Positions 1 to 11,539 of a stretch of DNA of 64,000 bases are shown here, one piece after another. Numbering within the stretch: the stretch's first letter is position 1; every line of letters begins with the position of its first letter. Below the pieces are notes generated by a model. The model searched no databases and was not told the DNA's origin. It saw nothing but the letters and a program-made list of their open reading frames with translations. Source of the stretch: Heteronotia binoei (Eukaryota). The translations under genes and the position numbers were made by a program. Location: positions 372,001 to 436,000 of the forward strand of contig NC_083239.1 in NCBI RefSeq assembly GCF_032191835.1. Reading direction: 5' to 3'.

Positions 1-197
1 TAATAACCAGGATGGAATATATTCTGTTGTATCTGGATGGGAAACTGGCCAATAGGTGTGCAGCCCATGGTATCATGTAGATAATACAGATTACCCATCA
101 ACAGGTATAGCTTGGCATGGGCATGTCTTATGTACTTGGTAGATAAGACCACCTTATATGACCCTTAGCTTTTTGTTTTATTTCCATTGGGTGTGAG

Positions 198-387
198 CAG
201 GGGGTTTTTTGAGCAGGAATGCAGTTCTGGCGGGCTTGGTGTCAAGGGGTGTGGCCTAATATGCAGGTGAGTCTCTGCTGGGCTTTTTCTACAAAAAAGC
301 CCTGTGTGAAACAATGGTGACATTAGGGAGGTGTGGCCTAATATGTAAATGAGTTCCTGCTGGGCTTTTTCTCCAAAAAAAGCCCTG
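198..387. mobile_element. hAT-type MITE (CAGGG...CCCTG termini), family A, with internal duplication
   Basis: 8-bp TSD ggtgtgag (190-197 / 388-395) and terminal inverted repeats. Confidence 0.85.
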
Positions 388-1010
388 GGTGTGAGTACAG
401 TATTAATTGACAGTCCATAGAATACATTTTTTTTTAGAAAACCTGTTTAGCTCCAAATGAACCTTGCCTTTGGCAATGCACTTTTTGTTTTTATACAAAT
501 TACAGTACTTTTTTTAAAAAAATGACCACATGCTATAGGATCTTCTTCTTATGGAATTCAGAGAACCAATACATTTACAGTAAAAATATATGTAGGTGGG
601 GAGTAATCTAATTATAGTATGGCCAGCAGTTTTTTATTCAAAAAAGTACTGTTTCAGTAGGCTGTTGCTATGGTCAGCATGTCTGGAAATCTGTGCCATT
701 CTTCTGTCTCCTCTCAGCCTCGTGGGTAATTAGAAAAATAATTTGTTATTTAATGCATTAAGGGGTGTGTGTCTGTGTATGTGTGAGAGCATGAACATTC
801 ATTTTGGGAATTAGTTTGCACAATTTATGTATGTGTAGTTGGAACTTTGAACATTGTGGAATGCAAGGCTGTTTTAAGAATTGTGGCAGAATTAGAATTT
901 AAAAAAAGAAAAGGTTTATTTGTTTTTACTGTGAAAGGCATTGCCTGATTCCCTACTTTTGAAATACCACTTGCCCTTCTGAGAGAGAGGTTGATTTACA
1001 TTTTATAGTG

Positions 1011-1147
1011 CAGGGGTGGCCAACAGTATCTCTCCAGAAGTTTTTTTGCCTACAACTCCCATCAGCCCCAGCCATTGGCCATGCTGACTGGGGCTGATGG
1101 GAGTTGTAGGCAAAAAACGTCTGGAGAGCTACTGTTGGCCAGCCCTG
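1011..1147. mobile_element. Palindromic hAT-type MITE, family B
   Basis: Near-complete fold-back, 8-bp TSD ttatagtg (1003-1010 / 1148-1155). Confidence 0.9.
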
Positions 1148-1234
1148 TTATAGTGGGATGGAAAATAAACATGGAACACCTATTGTGCAGTATAGGGTTC
1201 TGCAGTAAATGCCAGCACCATTCATCAGCTCTTT

Positions 1235-1487
1235 CAGTTTAGTGCAGTGGTTTAGAGCACAGACTCTAATCTGGGAGATTCCCCACACCTCCACATGCAG
1301 CTGCTGGGTGACCATGGGCAAGCCACAGTTCTCTCAGAGCTGTTCTCTCAAGAGCAGTTCTCAGGAGAGCTCTCTCAGCCCCACCTGCCTCACAGAGTGT
1401 CTGTTGTGGGGAGAGTAAGGGAAGGCGATTGTAAGCCACTGAGACTCTGAGTAAAGGGCATGGTATACATCCAGTCTCTTCTTTTTT
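1235..1487 (+). mobile_element. tRNA-head CORE-type SINE with L2-like tail (Squam3/Ther1-like), degraded
   Basis: Same organisation as the copies at 13731, 24907 and 34040: A-box-like head, cctcacag..gttgtgggg core, gtaagcc...tata tail. Confidence 0.8.
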
Positions 1488-3011
1488 CCTTTTGGGAAAG
1501 GGAGGGGCTTGAGTAACAGAACTGAAAGAACTGCTTTGCTGTGCAGTCTGAAGGACCCATTAACGTTGGAAAACTGCTAGCATATAAAAACTGTCCCAAC
1601 ACCAGTTGAGCATCTCCTGGTATGGTTCAGAACACATTTTCCCTATGAGCCAATGAAGATATTTTATGCATCAATGGTTCATAAAGAGCTAATGTAATTA
1701 GAAATTGCAGTCTTTCAATAGAATCATGGAGTTGGAAGGGACCTCGAGCCCCTGTTCAGATGCACAGTCTAATCAGATGTCGCTGCTGTTTCCTTCCAGA
1801 TTTAAAGTGGCTGATCAGACAGCAGCATCTGCCTCCCGGTATTAACTCGTGGTACCCCCCCCCCCCAATCCTTCTCGGAACGGGATTGTTTTGTTACCTG
1901 CTCCTTTGTGGTGTTTTTTTGAGTTTCACCTCGTAGTTTTCTCCGTCTGGATAGTTCTGCTGCGATATTAACCAACTTCCGGATGTCTGAAGGCTGTCCC
2001 AGAGCAAAAAGAGCCTCAGACTGCCTGTTTCTTAAAAAGAGAGAAAAATGTAATTCTGGCAGCTATAGATACAGTTTTTGGACGTATGGGAACATAAGGA
2101 GGAGGCATAATTTGTCACCATACTTCTGATATTTGGTTTAATTAATTATACTCCACCTTTCTTCCCAGTGGGGACCCAAAGTGGCTTACATCTGCCTCCT
2201 TACATCTGCAGGCATTCTTTCTTCCCTGGGAATTGTAGTTCAAAGGAGGTTGGTCTGGAACTGGAGGGGCCAAACTGTGGCTCTTTCACACACATTGTGT
2301 GGCTCTCGAAGCCCCTTTTGCTCCATCGACTGGCTTGGAGAAGGCAGTTCTTTTTTTTAATTACTTTGCCAAGCCAGTGAGCAACTTGAAGAATGCATTT
2401 AAAGTGCATTTGAGTGAGAACTTATCACTGATATGAATGCTGATTCAGTACTTTTAGGGCCTTTCCTACTCCCTGCTTCAGATGCCTCCCTGCTGGACTT
2501 TTTTAAACTCCAACTGTAAATTATTCACTTGAATATTAGTTGATAACCTTGTGTAAATAATACACGTACAATTAATTGTAAAGTTGAAAAACTGCTTTGG
2601 ATAGGGAGGTATGTTACTGGTGTTCAACCAGTGCTGTACACAGCTTGCTTCTATAAGGAAGAAGACTGGGGAAAAACGTGTTGCAAGTGAAAAATTACCA
2701 ACATTAAATGACTGTTACTCATGAGAAGTGCTGATTATACATTGCTTATTATTAATAATGTCTAGAAAAATCATTTAACACTCATACACTGAAGAAAGCA
2801 TACACTGAAAATATAAACACATATATCAGTCTACAATAATTCTATGTCTAGTCCTTCTGCACAGGAAAAGCACTTAATACATGAATTCTTGTACAATACA
2901 AGATGACTTGTACAATTCACATCTGCAGCGGTCAAGCCTGCATTGCATTAATACACATATTTAGTAAATTTTACTACTGAGGGTCACTGAGAAGTTCTGG
3001 TGCTTCAATTC

Positions 3012-3137
3012 CAGGGCTTTTTTTTTTTTTTTTGAGCAGGAATGCACAGAAATGCAGTTTTGGCTGGCTTAGTGTCAGGGTGTGTGGCCTAATATGCAAA
3101 TGAGTTCCTGCTGGACTATTTCTACAAAAAAGCCTTG
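3012..3137. mobile_element. hAT-type MITE family A carrying ATGCAAAT
   Basis: 8-bp TSD ttcaattc (3004-3011 / 3138-3145), octamer at 3094-3101. Confidence 0.88.
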
Positions 3138-5123
3138 TTCAATTCATTATGTTCTCTGGTGCAAAACCAGCAAACTGTAACAATACCCCGGGCTTTGCCT
3201 GAAGGATCTTCAGGTGATGGAAAATGACCCATCTCCATTTCCCTTTCCCCATTTGCAGCCTCCTGGAAGGGCTCCAAAAATCAGGGAGGAAGCTCTACAG
3301 CCCCTTCACATGTACAGGACTCCAAGAAAGCAAAATTCAGACTAATGTAGCCAGATATGGAGACAGTGGGGAGAAATGTATTCACTCTAGCTAGTCCAAT
3401 GCATTTTATATTTTTTAGTTTTCTGCTGTGTGGTCCTTGTGCTTTTTCTTAATGTTTTATTTTAAAAACTGCATTGCAAAATCCCACTGTTCTCCTTATC
3501 TTTCCTAAACAAAATATTGCAAGAGTTTTAGGCTTGTTTGTACATTCTTTCCTGTTTCCACCCCCAGAGTCTCCTGGCTCCACCCCCAAATTTTATTGGG
3601 CCACGAAGGAGAAGTGTAAAAATAACCAGGCCATGGGGGGTGGGGGGTGGGCGGGAGTTTGGGAAACCCTGGCTTAGAACATTGTTTTCTCGTCTTCCAT
3701 TTTTCCGTAACAACCCTGTAACGTATAGGTCAGGCTACAAGTTTGTGACAGATCTAAGACTGGCATACTTCCAGGATAGAAGTTGGGATTTGAACCCAAG
3801 TCTCTCAGGATCCTAGTTCGAACCTCTGTCCACAGCGCCAGCAGCAGGAATGGGCGTTTAAAGAGTATGAATATACACTGGTAAAAGAATGAACAAATAC
3901 ACACTCCTTGTACCCTAAATCCGACTAGACCAGAGTTATAACAGTGGCCTTCTATTTATGAATGATAAATGTTCAGCTGTTGTTCCGTGTACCCAATTAG
4001 CATTTACATTGTGCTTCAGAGTGTTCCAGGTCAACTTGTACTCCTTACAATAATTATTTAGACTAGGCCTGTATTGCTTTCTTCCGACTACAGGCAGGGT
4101 GGAGATGTGAGTGTCCTGCTGAGGGGCCACCTAGGGAGTTTGGAAGTGGAAGATTTGTGCTGGGGACAGGGATAGGCTGGCCCTTTAACTTGGGCTGTTG
4201 GCAGTCTGGAGCAATGAAAAAACAGGGACCAGGAGGAAGATTAAGCAACCAGAAAACACCAGATATCGCCCTTGTTCAATGAAAACAATGTACTTAATTA
4301 CACAAGCACATGAAGAATATACAAAGCACTAGTAAAGCATATGGCAAAAGACACACACTGTTGCCAATAAATACAATGGTCAAAAATACATAAACCAAAC
4401 CACGAAGTTCCAATACAATTCCAGGCTGTCAAAGAATATGTATAAAATATTCAAGGGTAGTATGAATATAATTTCTCCAAATGTGCATAAAGTAGGTTCT
4501 CAACGGAATTTTGATCATTATACTTCCTGTGTCGATAAATATCTTTATCAAGAGAGGCACATATAAACAACTTAAGCCTTTACACTGAGGTTCTCAAAAC
4601 TATGCATCAAGTTCAAAATATTTTTAGATGCTTCTTGTCTGTGGAACCCTGCAGCCTCTGCAACATTCATGACACAGTGGTACATTCTTCCGCTGGGCTA
4701 GAAGCTCTCAACAGAGATTCTGCTGGAGACTCCGCATCTGCTTCCTCGAAGCATTGTGCCAGCCTTGAGTATATCCTCTCATCATAACTCTCTCTCTCTT
4801 GTTAATGGTGAAATGGATCCGGCTAGGTTGCGGTTGCTGTTTGGCTCTTCTTCTTCACCAAGCTCAGCATGCACAAATCATTGCCACCACTAACATAGAC
4901 CTCTAGAATGTTTTTGTGCTTTCCCCCCTTCTGGTGGGATGTTCCAAGCAGCCTTTTACAGGATTGGTTTAGATGCAAGAATGTAAGATGTTTAAGCAAG
5001 GATGGTCTTAGTCAATAGGCAGCTGCCCTCGATGCCATGTTTGGGAAGGGCCAGTAGCCCTGCCACCTCAGAGGAGAGTGGAAAAGAAGAACAAGTTATT
5101 TCCACCAATTGCACCTGCCCTAT

Positions 5124-5744
5124 TGTTATGTATTGGAACTGGAGTTTGGCTTTAGGCCCATCAGGGATCGTTAGGCCAGCTATTAACCTATAGTTGTGTG
5201 TAATGGGATTCCGGAAGGAGGCCTATCAGGGATCGTTAGGCTAGCTATTAACCTATAAAGGTAAAGGTGGTCCCCTGTGCAAGCACCAGTCATTTTCGAC
5301 TCTGGGGTGACGTTGCTTTCACAACATTTTTCACGGCAGACTTTTTACGGGGTGGTTTGCCATTGCCTTCCCCAGTCATCTGCACTTCCCCCCCAGCAAG
5401 CTGGATACTCATTTTGCCGACCTTGAAAGGATGGAAGGCTGAGTCAACCTGGAGCCGGCTACCTGAACCAGCTTCCACTGGGATAGAACTCAGGTCGTGA
5501 GCAGGGGGCTCTGACTGCAGTACTGCAGCTTTACCACTCTGTGCCACAGGGCTATATAACCTATAGTTGTGTGTAATGGGATGATGGTAATGGGTTTTTG
5601 GATGGGGAGGTTTACATGCATATAAGCAGGGCCATTGGTCCTGCCAGACAGTTCTGTTCCTATTTCACTATGCTGAATCACTGAATAAAGAGCTGAACTC
5701 ACTATCTCTTGGGCATCCTAATGCTTTGAACCCAGTACATCTCA
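5124..5744 (+). mobile_element. Solo LTR (TG...CA) with nested Sauria SINE
   Basis: 5-bp TSD cctat (5119-5123 / 5745-5749), TATAAG at 5621, AATAAA at 5684, 65-bp internal tandem repeat starting at 5161 and 5226. Confidence 0.75.
5258..5556 (-). mobile_element. Sauria SINE (Squam1-like)
   Basis: (ACCTTT)n tail seen as aaggtaaaggt on +, tRNA-like head at about 5490-5556, TSD taacctata (5249-5257 / 5557-5565). Confidence 0.85.
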
Positions 5745-6508
5745 CCTATCTTGGGCTCAGCCACCTGGCTCCCAGCAGCTGTAGTGACTCCTGCTCACCT
5801 CACCTGGCTCAGGGGCCACTCTCTATTTGGCCCTCCTGGGAGGGACAGTAGTTCTGGGGCCCGATGCTGGACTTTTGCCCAGCATCTCAGGATCATGACT
5901 GCTCCTGTGTTTAAGCAGTCCTGTAATCAGCTGGTCTTCAGATTTAAAACTGAAGCAGGAAAAGCCCACACAAAAGCAGCTGCCCCAAGCAACTACAACA
6001 CTCCCAGTAAAAAGCCCAGGGATCCCGTGAGCAGCTTTACCAGCCAACTCACATGGGGAGCCAAGTGCAATTGCTGTCTCTGCAGGAGGGTGCGATTGGA
6101 CCATCCAAACGTGTAACCTGCTTTATTGATTCTATGCTAGTTTCGGGTTCACAATCCGTGGCCACAAGCCTTACTAGAGAATTCCTCTTCACAATAAGAC
6201 AGCAGGACTGTAATAAAAATGGACTGTAAATATTGATGCTGTCGCCAGTCAGTATGCTGTCTGTAATGTGATTGCAAGAGTTTGTTGAGAGCCAGATTTG
6301 TCTGCAAAGGGGAGCCTGCCTTTTACCCCTCCCGCCATTGTCATCTGCCAGAAGCCACAGATAGGCCCCTTGCTGCCCAAGCTTGCAAGGGGCCTCTAAT
6401 CTGCAAGTAGGGTGTTTGTCCAACTGCAAAATGCTATGTCTTTCCTGCATGGCTTCTCTTTGGTCAGTTTGTGCAACTGCAGACATGCAAGAATATGGGA
6501 ATTGGAAG

Positions 6509-7224
6509 AAACCCCATAGTACACTGACCCCCGTCCCCCTTTTCAGACTTCAGTTAACAGAGAAGGATGATGGGATTATTTATTTATTTGCTTTAAATTT
6601 ATATCCTGCCCTCTCCGCGAATGGACTGTGGATGTAGACCCCACCCTTAAAATACACATACTTGGCGGTGGCAGGGGGATGTTTTGGCCACAGGATTTTG
6701 CAGGGGAGACCCTATGGCCTAGCACCAGTGGTGCGGGTGGTCTGTATGAACTGCAGATGGGCTACACGGCTCAGTGCGGGAAATGCAGACCACGGGTAGC
6801 CTCACCTGGGCGGATCTTTCCATGGGGATCGATGCTGGCCCAGGTGGAGAATGGCTGGGGGCCTGGCCGCTCAGTTACAACCCGAATTACGGCGGGTTTG
6901 TGCTGGGGGCAGGGGTGCTCGCCCTTAGGACAAGGCGGGGTCAAGGGGTGACCCCAGGGCTTGTTCTGTCAGGCATTATCCCTGCCGAGTTTACAGGTTA
7001 ATTGATTTAATAAAGCGGCCCGGTTATAACCCAACACTTGTGTCTGTCTCTTCTTTCGACTGGGGGGGGCAAACCCTATAGTACACTGACCCCCGTCCCC
7101 CTTTTCAGACTTCAGTTAACAGAGAAGGATGATGGGATTATTTATTTATTTGCTTTAAATTTATATCCTGCCCTCTCCGCGAATGGACTGTGGATGTAGA
7201 CCCCACCCTTAAAATACACATACT
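6509..7224. repeat. 154-bp direct duplication (6509-6662 and 7071-7224) bracketing a 408-bp CpG-rich insert (6663-7070)
   Basis: Direct comparison shows one mismatch in 154 bp. The insert has AATAAA at 7009-7014. Confidence 0.9.
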
Positions 7225-7485
7225 GATCTGAAAAACTGCATTAAACGTGTATTTGCCATAAACATTTGAAGGGCTGTCAGTTTGCAGGCAGAAACTCTCT
7301 TCTTGCTTCATATCATGATGGATACTTTTAATGTTTGACTTGATCAAATGGAAACCCTATTCATTTTTGCAATCCTGTCTGTGTGTATTTTGCTAAAGTT
7401 AATGACGAAAAATTGTTTATGTATTTCAGATAACTTAAGTGAGAATTGGGAGTTCAGAGGTCTTTCCTTCTTTCCAAGAAACATT

Positions 7486-7613
7486 ATGGCTGAACCAGAC
7501 TACATAGACGAAGACAATCCAGAGTTAATTAGACCTCAGAAACTAATTAATCCTGTCAAATCATCTCGGAATCATCAAGACCTTCACAGGGAGCTCCGCA
7601 TGAATCAGAAAAG
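7486..7613 (+). CDS. FAM107B: FAM107B, first coding exon of the short isoform ([42 protein letters not shown]+AG)
   Basis: Translation matches the FAM107B/HITS (DUF1151) N-terminus. Acceptor ttccaag ends at 7478, ATG is at 7486, donor is AAG|gtaaga at 7613/7614. Ends in phase 2, which matches the next exon. Confidence 0.96.
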
Positions 7614-7626
7614 GTAAGAAATCAAG

Positions 7627-9123
7627 ACAGTAAACAATTTAATAGATGGCAAAGAAAAATTTCAGAGTTTGTGTGGGTGGGGAAAAAAACAAGAATTAAA
7701 ATGAAAATTTTAACAAATGCAAAAGAGAGAAGGCGGATTTCAATTATCAGACTTAAAATTATATCATGAAGCAGTTTGCTTCGTATAGATAAAAGAATGG
7801 ATAATGTTGTTAAACAAAAAACTCTTAGCGTTGGAAGATCATGGAAATAAATTTGGCTGGCACGCGTATATGTATTATGGGGAAAAAAAGATAGATGGCT
7901 TTTTCTCTCACCATTATATAAGAAGCAGCTTGCTAAATACATGGATGAAATATAAGAAATATGGAGATGAAAGAAAATCGTTATGGATAGTGCCAGCCGA
8001 AGTGATAAAAATAACAGCTGAGACGGGTGAAGAAAAGTGGTTGTCATATAATCAACTATTAAAAATACAAAGTGGCAAAATAGAATTGAAAACTGCTGAA
8101 GAGCTGAATGATAAATATGATTGGTTTCAAATGCAACAAATAAAGAGCTTGGTGGAGAATGACATTAAAACTGAAGGAATAAGAAAAGAGCAAACAGAAA
8201 TGGAAAAAGTTCTGCTTGGAGATAACAAAAAATTAATTTCAAAATTATATAAATTACTTTTAAAATGGTCTATGGAAGATGAAGTAGTGAAATCTCAAAT
8301 GATTAAGTGGGCAATTAATGTAAAGAAATACAGATGGAAACTTGGGAATATTTGTAGAAGAACTCTGTGAAGCTTTCGACGTGTCATAGTATTAAAGAGA
8401 ACTGTTTTAAAATGATGTATAGATGGTATATGACTCCTAAAAAATTGGCAAAGATGAATAATAAGATGCCAGACAGATGTTGGAAATGTAAAAAACTTGA
8501 AGGTTCTTTCTACCATATGTGGTGGACTTGTGAAAGAGCAAAAAAGTATTGGCATATGATTCAACAAGAAATTTCTAGGATCTTGGGATATGAATTTAAG
8601 AAAGTTGCAGAGACTTTTCTGTTGGGATTACAAATGGAAAAATTTCCAAAAGAAGATAGAACTATAATTTGGTACTTGCTTTCAGCGGCTTGGACATTAT
8701 ATGCGCAGTTGTGGAAGCAAGAAAAAATAGCAGAGAAATGGGATTGGATTGTAAAAGTTATGACATGGAGTGAAATGGACAAATTAACAAGAATTTTAAG
8801 AGACTATGATTTAGAAGTTTTTAAGATGGAGTGGAAAAAGTTCAGAAGATATGTAGTAGAAGACGAGTGGAAAATAAAAGGACATTGGACAATTTTTGAT
8901 AATGATTAAGTTTTAGAAAAAAGAAGAATATTAATTTTTGTTTTTATTAGTTAAGGGTACCTTTAAACATTAGTACTTTAAGTAAATAACACTGGCGGAG
9001 TCAAGTAACGGGGGGAGGAGTGGGTAGAAAGTAACATATGGGATAGATAAAAGAAGTTATTAATGATGCAAGAAATATAATTTGTTACCATATGTTACCA
9101 AATAAAAATTTTTTAACATAAAA
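7627..9123 (+). mobile_element. 5'-truncated L1-clade LINE (ORF2 C-terminus and 3' UTR), frameshifted
   Basis: ORFs 7804-8370 and 8367-8909 with the zinc knuckle RCWKC...YHMWWTC, AATAAA at 9101, A-rich end, 20-bp TSD (7607-7626 / 9124-9143). Confidence 0.9.
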
Positions 9124-10031
9124 AGAAAAGGTAGGAAATCAAGGGTAAAATTCTGCAGTTCAGAAACAAATTTAGTTTTCAGCCATGCAGGAACAAGAAA
9201 TTTTTCTTTGATTTCTGCTCACACACAAAGCAGAGTGGAACTGCTTTAATATGAATTCTCTGCTGTATTAACATTGCACACAGTAGACTGTGGGTCTTTT
9301 CAGATTATGTTCCCTTGTTGTTTTTGCAGACTATCTTTTAATGTCTCCTGGTTCTGATCCCTGGTTGGGTGTGTGTATATGAAATACAGTTTGTTCAGAT
9401 GAGTTACATGGATTGTATTTTCAACCAAATCAGTAAAGATGGGGATACAGATGAAGGAAATAATTCTATATTTTATATTCTTATCGGCAGTTACAGATTT
9501 TTGTGGACCCTAGCCAAAAACCTATCTCTGGGCCTCCATTTCTTTGGTGCACAGCCTCTTTCTCCTCTAATCACACCTCTTCCAGTTGACACCTACCCAT
9601 TCACTATATCTTTTGTCCAGATTAGAGGCCTCTGCTCTTAGCTACTACACCATGCTGGCTCTCAAAAATGGTGCATCACAGTATCAAAATTTACATCCTG
9701 TGCTTGATGTGATTCAGTTGACAGGACTGCTAAAGCATTCAGTTGATCTTGGGAGATCTGTGCCCTGAGATAATTCTCAATTTCAGCTTGCTGAAGCTCC
9801 TTTCAACTGATACAATTGAAACAGGAATTGTCAGCAACAGCTGCAAAGCCGCACCTGTATTTTGGAATGTGAGGCTCAGTGAACAAGATATGATGTAGTG
9901 CAAAATCTACAAGGAATCATTCTACAAAGAAGGTTAAATGATAATCCATTTTTGTTTTAAAACCAGATATCCCCATCTATTTATACATGATGAGCAAACT
10001 CTTGTAAATGCACGAAGATTTCACCCCCTCC

Positions 10032-11244
10032 TGTCAAGCATGCGGTTTCAATGATGAAGTGCATGGCTGCCACTGACGGGGGGTTACCGAGAGCTGTTGG
10101 ATGTGGAGCGGGGAGCCCTTTCCAGCGACTCTCCGGGCGTCCAGCATGTGCCACGGGGGAGTGGGTGCTCTCGCCCCTTCTTCAGGTTCTGGAAGTTTAC
10201 TGCTCACTGGAATCTTTTCAGCCATCTGGTTACAAAGTTGCCAGGGCCGTTAAACTTCTGATAGGATCACTTTCAAAATGTCAAGCATGCAGTTTCAATG
10301 ACGAGTCAAGTTTGATACAAAACTACGGGGTTTGCTCAAATAATGTTGCACCTCACTGAACTGTTGAAAATTAGGGGGAAAGGTCCTGACTCCAAGAAAC
10401 CGGGGGCAAAGCTAAATTGGACGCCTAAGTGCCAGGAGGTGTTCACTAAGCTTAAGCGACTGTTCACTAGTGAGCCAGTCCTGAGTCACCCCAATGAACT
10501 AAAGCCCTTCATTGTGCAATGTGACGCTTCCGACGTCGGAGCCATCCTCATGCAGAAAGATGAGGAAGGGAAGCTAAAACCTTGCGCCTACGTTCCCAAG
10601 AGCAGAGAAACTGGTCGGTATGGGATAAAGAGGCTTTTGCCGTAACCTATGCTTTAAAGACCTGGAGGTCCTGGTTAGAAGGCGCCAAGCTGCCATTTGA
10701 AATTTGGACTGACCGCAAGGATTTGGAGGCGCTCACTGGCCGCCGTAAACTCACTGAGAAACAAATTTGGTGGGCGGGGTTTTTCTCTAAATTTGACTTC
10801 GTTTTGAAGCACATTTTGGGAACAAAAAACTTTTTGGCAGATGCCCTTTCGTGCCTTCCCCAGCACAATAGCCAAAAGGAGGAGGTGGTAGATTCCTTGA
10901 TTTCCCCCTCTCAGGTAGCGGCCAAGGTGGGGGCGAGGGATGCGCTCTAACACATAAACTATCATAAATGTCTACATTCTCACAATGTTATCAGTATCTC
11001 GTCCTTACTTTCCCCCAGATGTTTCACACTCCCAGACAGGAATGTATGGGAAGGTGCTGATTACTCTTTCTCAAGTTAGTTTCGTTTCTCACTACTCTAA
11101 TTCACAAGCAATAAAGCAAGAAGGGGGAGGGGGGGAAAGAATAACAGAGTCAACATACCGGGGCACTCCTTGATATTTCACAGACCAGTTTTATGAAGGA
11201 CCCTAAAACAATTAATTCCCAGTGGAATTCTACCATGCTTGACA
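10032..11244 (-). mobile_element. Internally deleted LTR retroelement with an antisense Ty3/Gypsy RT-RNase H fragment (about 10330-10920, + strand) inside its LTR
   Basis: Termini TGTCAAGCATG / CATGCTTGACA, 5-bp TSD cctcc. RNase H motifs FIVQCDASD, DKEAFAV, IWTD, NFLADALS. Same LTR without the insert at 57039-57497. Confidence 0.8.
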
Positions 11245-11539
11245 CCTCCCATATTATTTGTCCCCCTTCCATTTTCCTAGGTTGCAGTGTGCCAAATGGG
11301 AATCCACCCCCAAACCAATGTATCATGATAAAAACGACTGTTCCTTCCTCTGAGCATGAAATGAGGCTGTGATCACAGAACTCACAGAAGACGGTGCATT
11401 TTCTTGGATAGATGGCCCCTTTGATTCATAACACCATCTTTATTGAACTCACCCCACACCTCTGCTCTGGTTTGGCTCCATGTAACTTGTTATAGGAGGA
11501 CTTGATGATAGCTACAGGCACTCTGGCTGAAACACAATA

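Noticed and set aside
1750-2040. Possible alternative FAM107B promoter (ACTTCCGG ETS-like site, several CpGs)
   Set aside because: A single short motif with no recognisable first exon or donor. Not supportable from sequence alone.
4280-4880. Possible decayed Penelope end with ribozyme-like words
   Set aside because: Too degenerate. No intact core motif or coding peptide could be established.
7348-7485. N-terminal extension [10 protein letters not shown].. of ORF 7348-7617
   Set aside because: It lies upstream of a good acceptor at 7478 and does not resemble FAM107B. Most likely intronic sequence in frame by chance.
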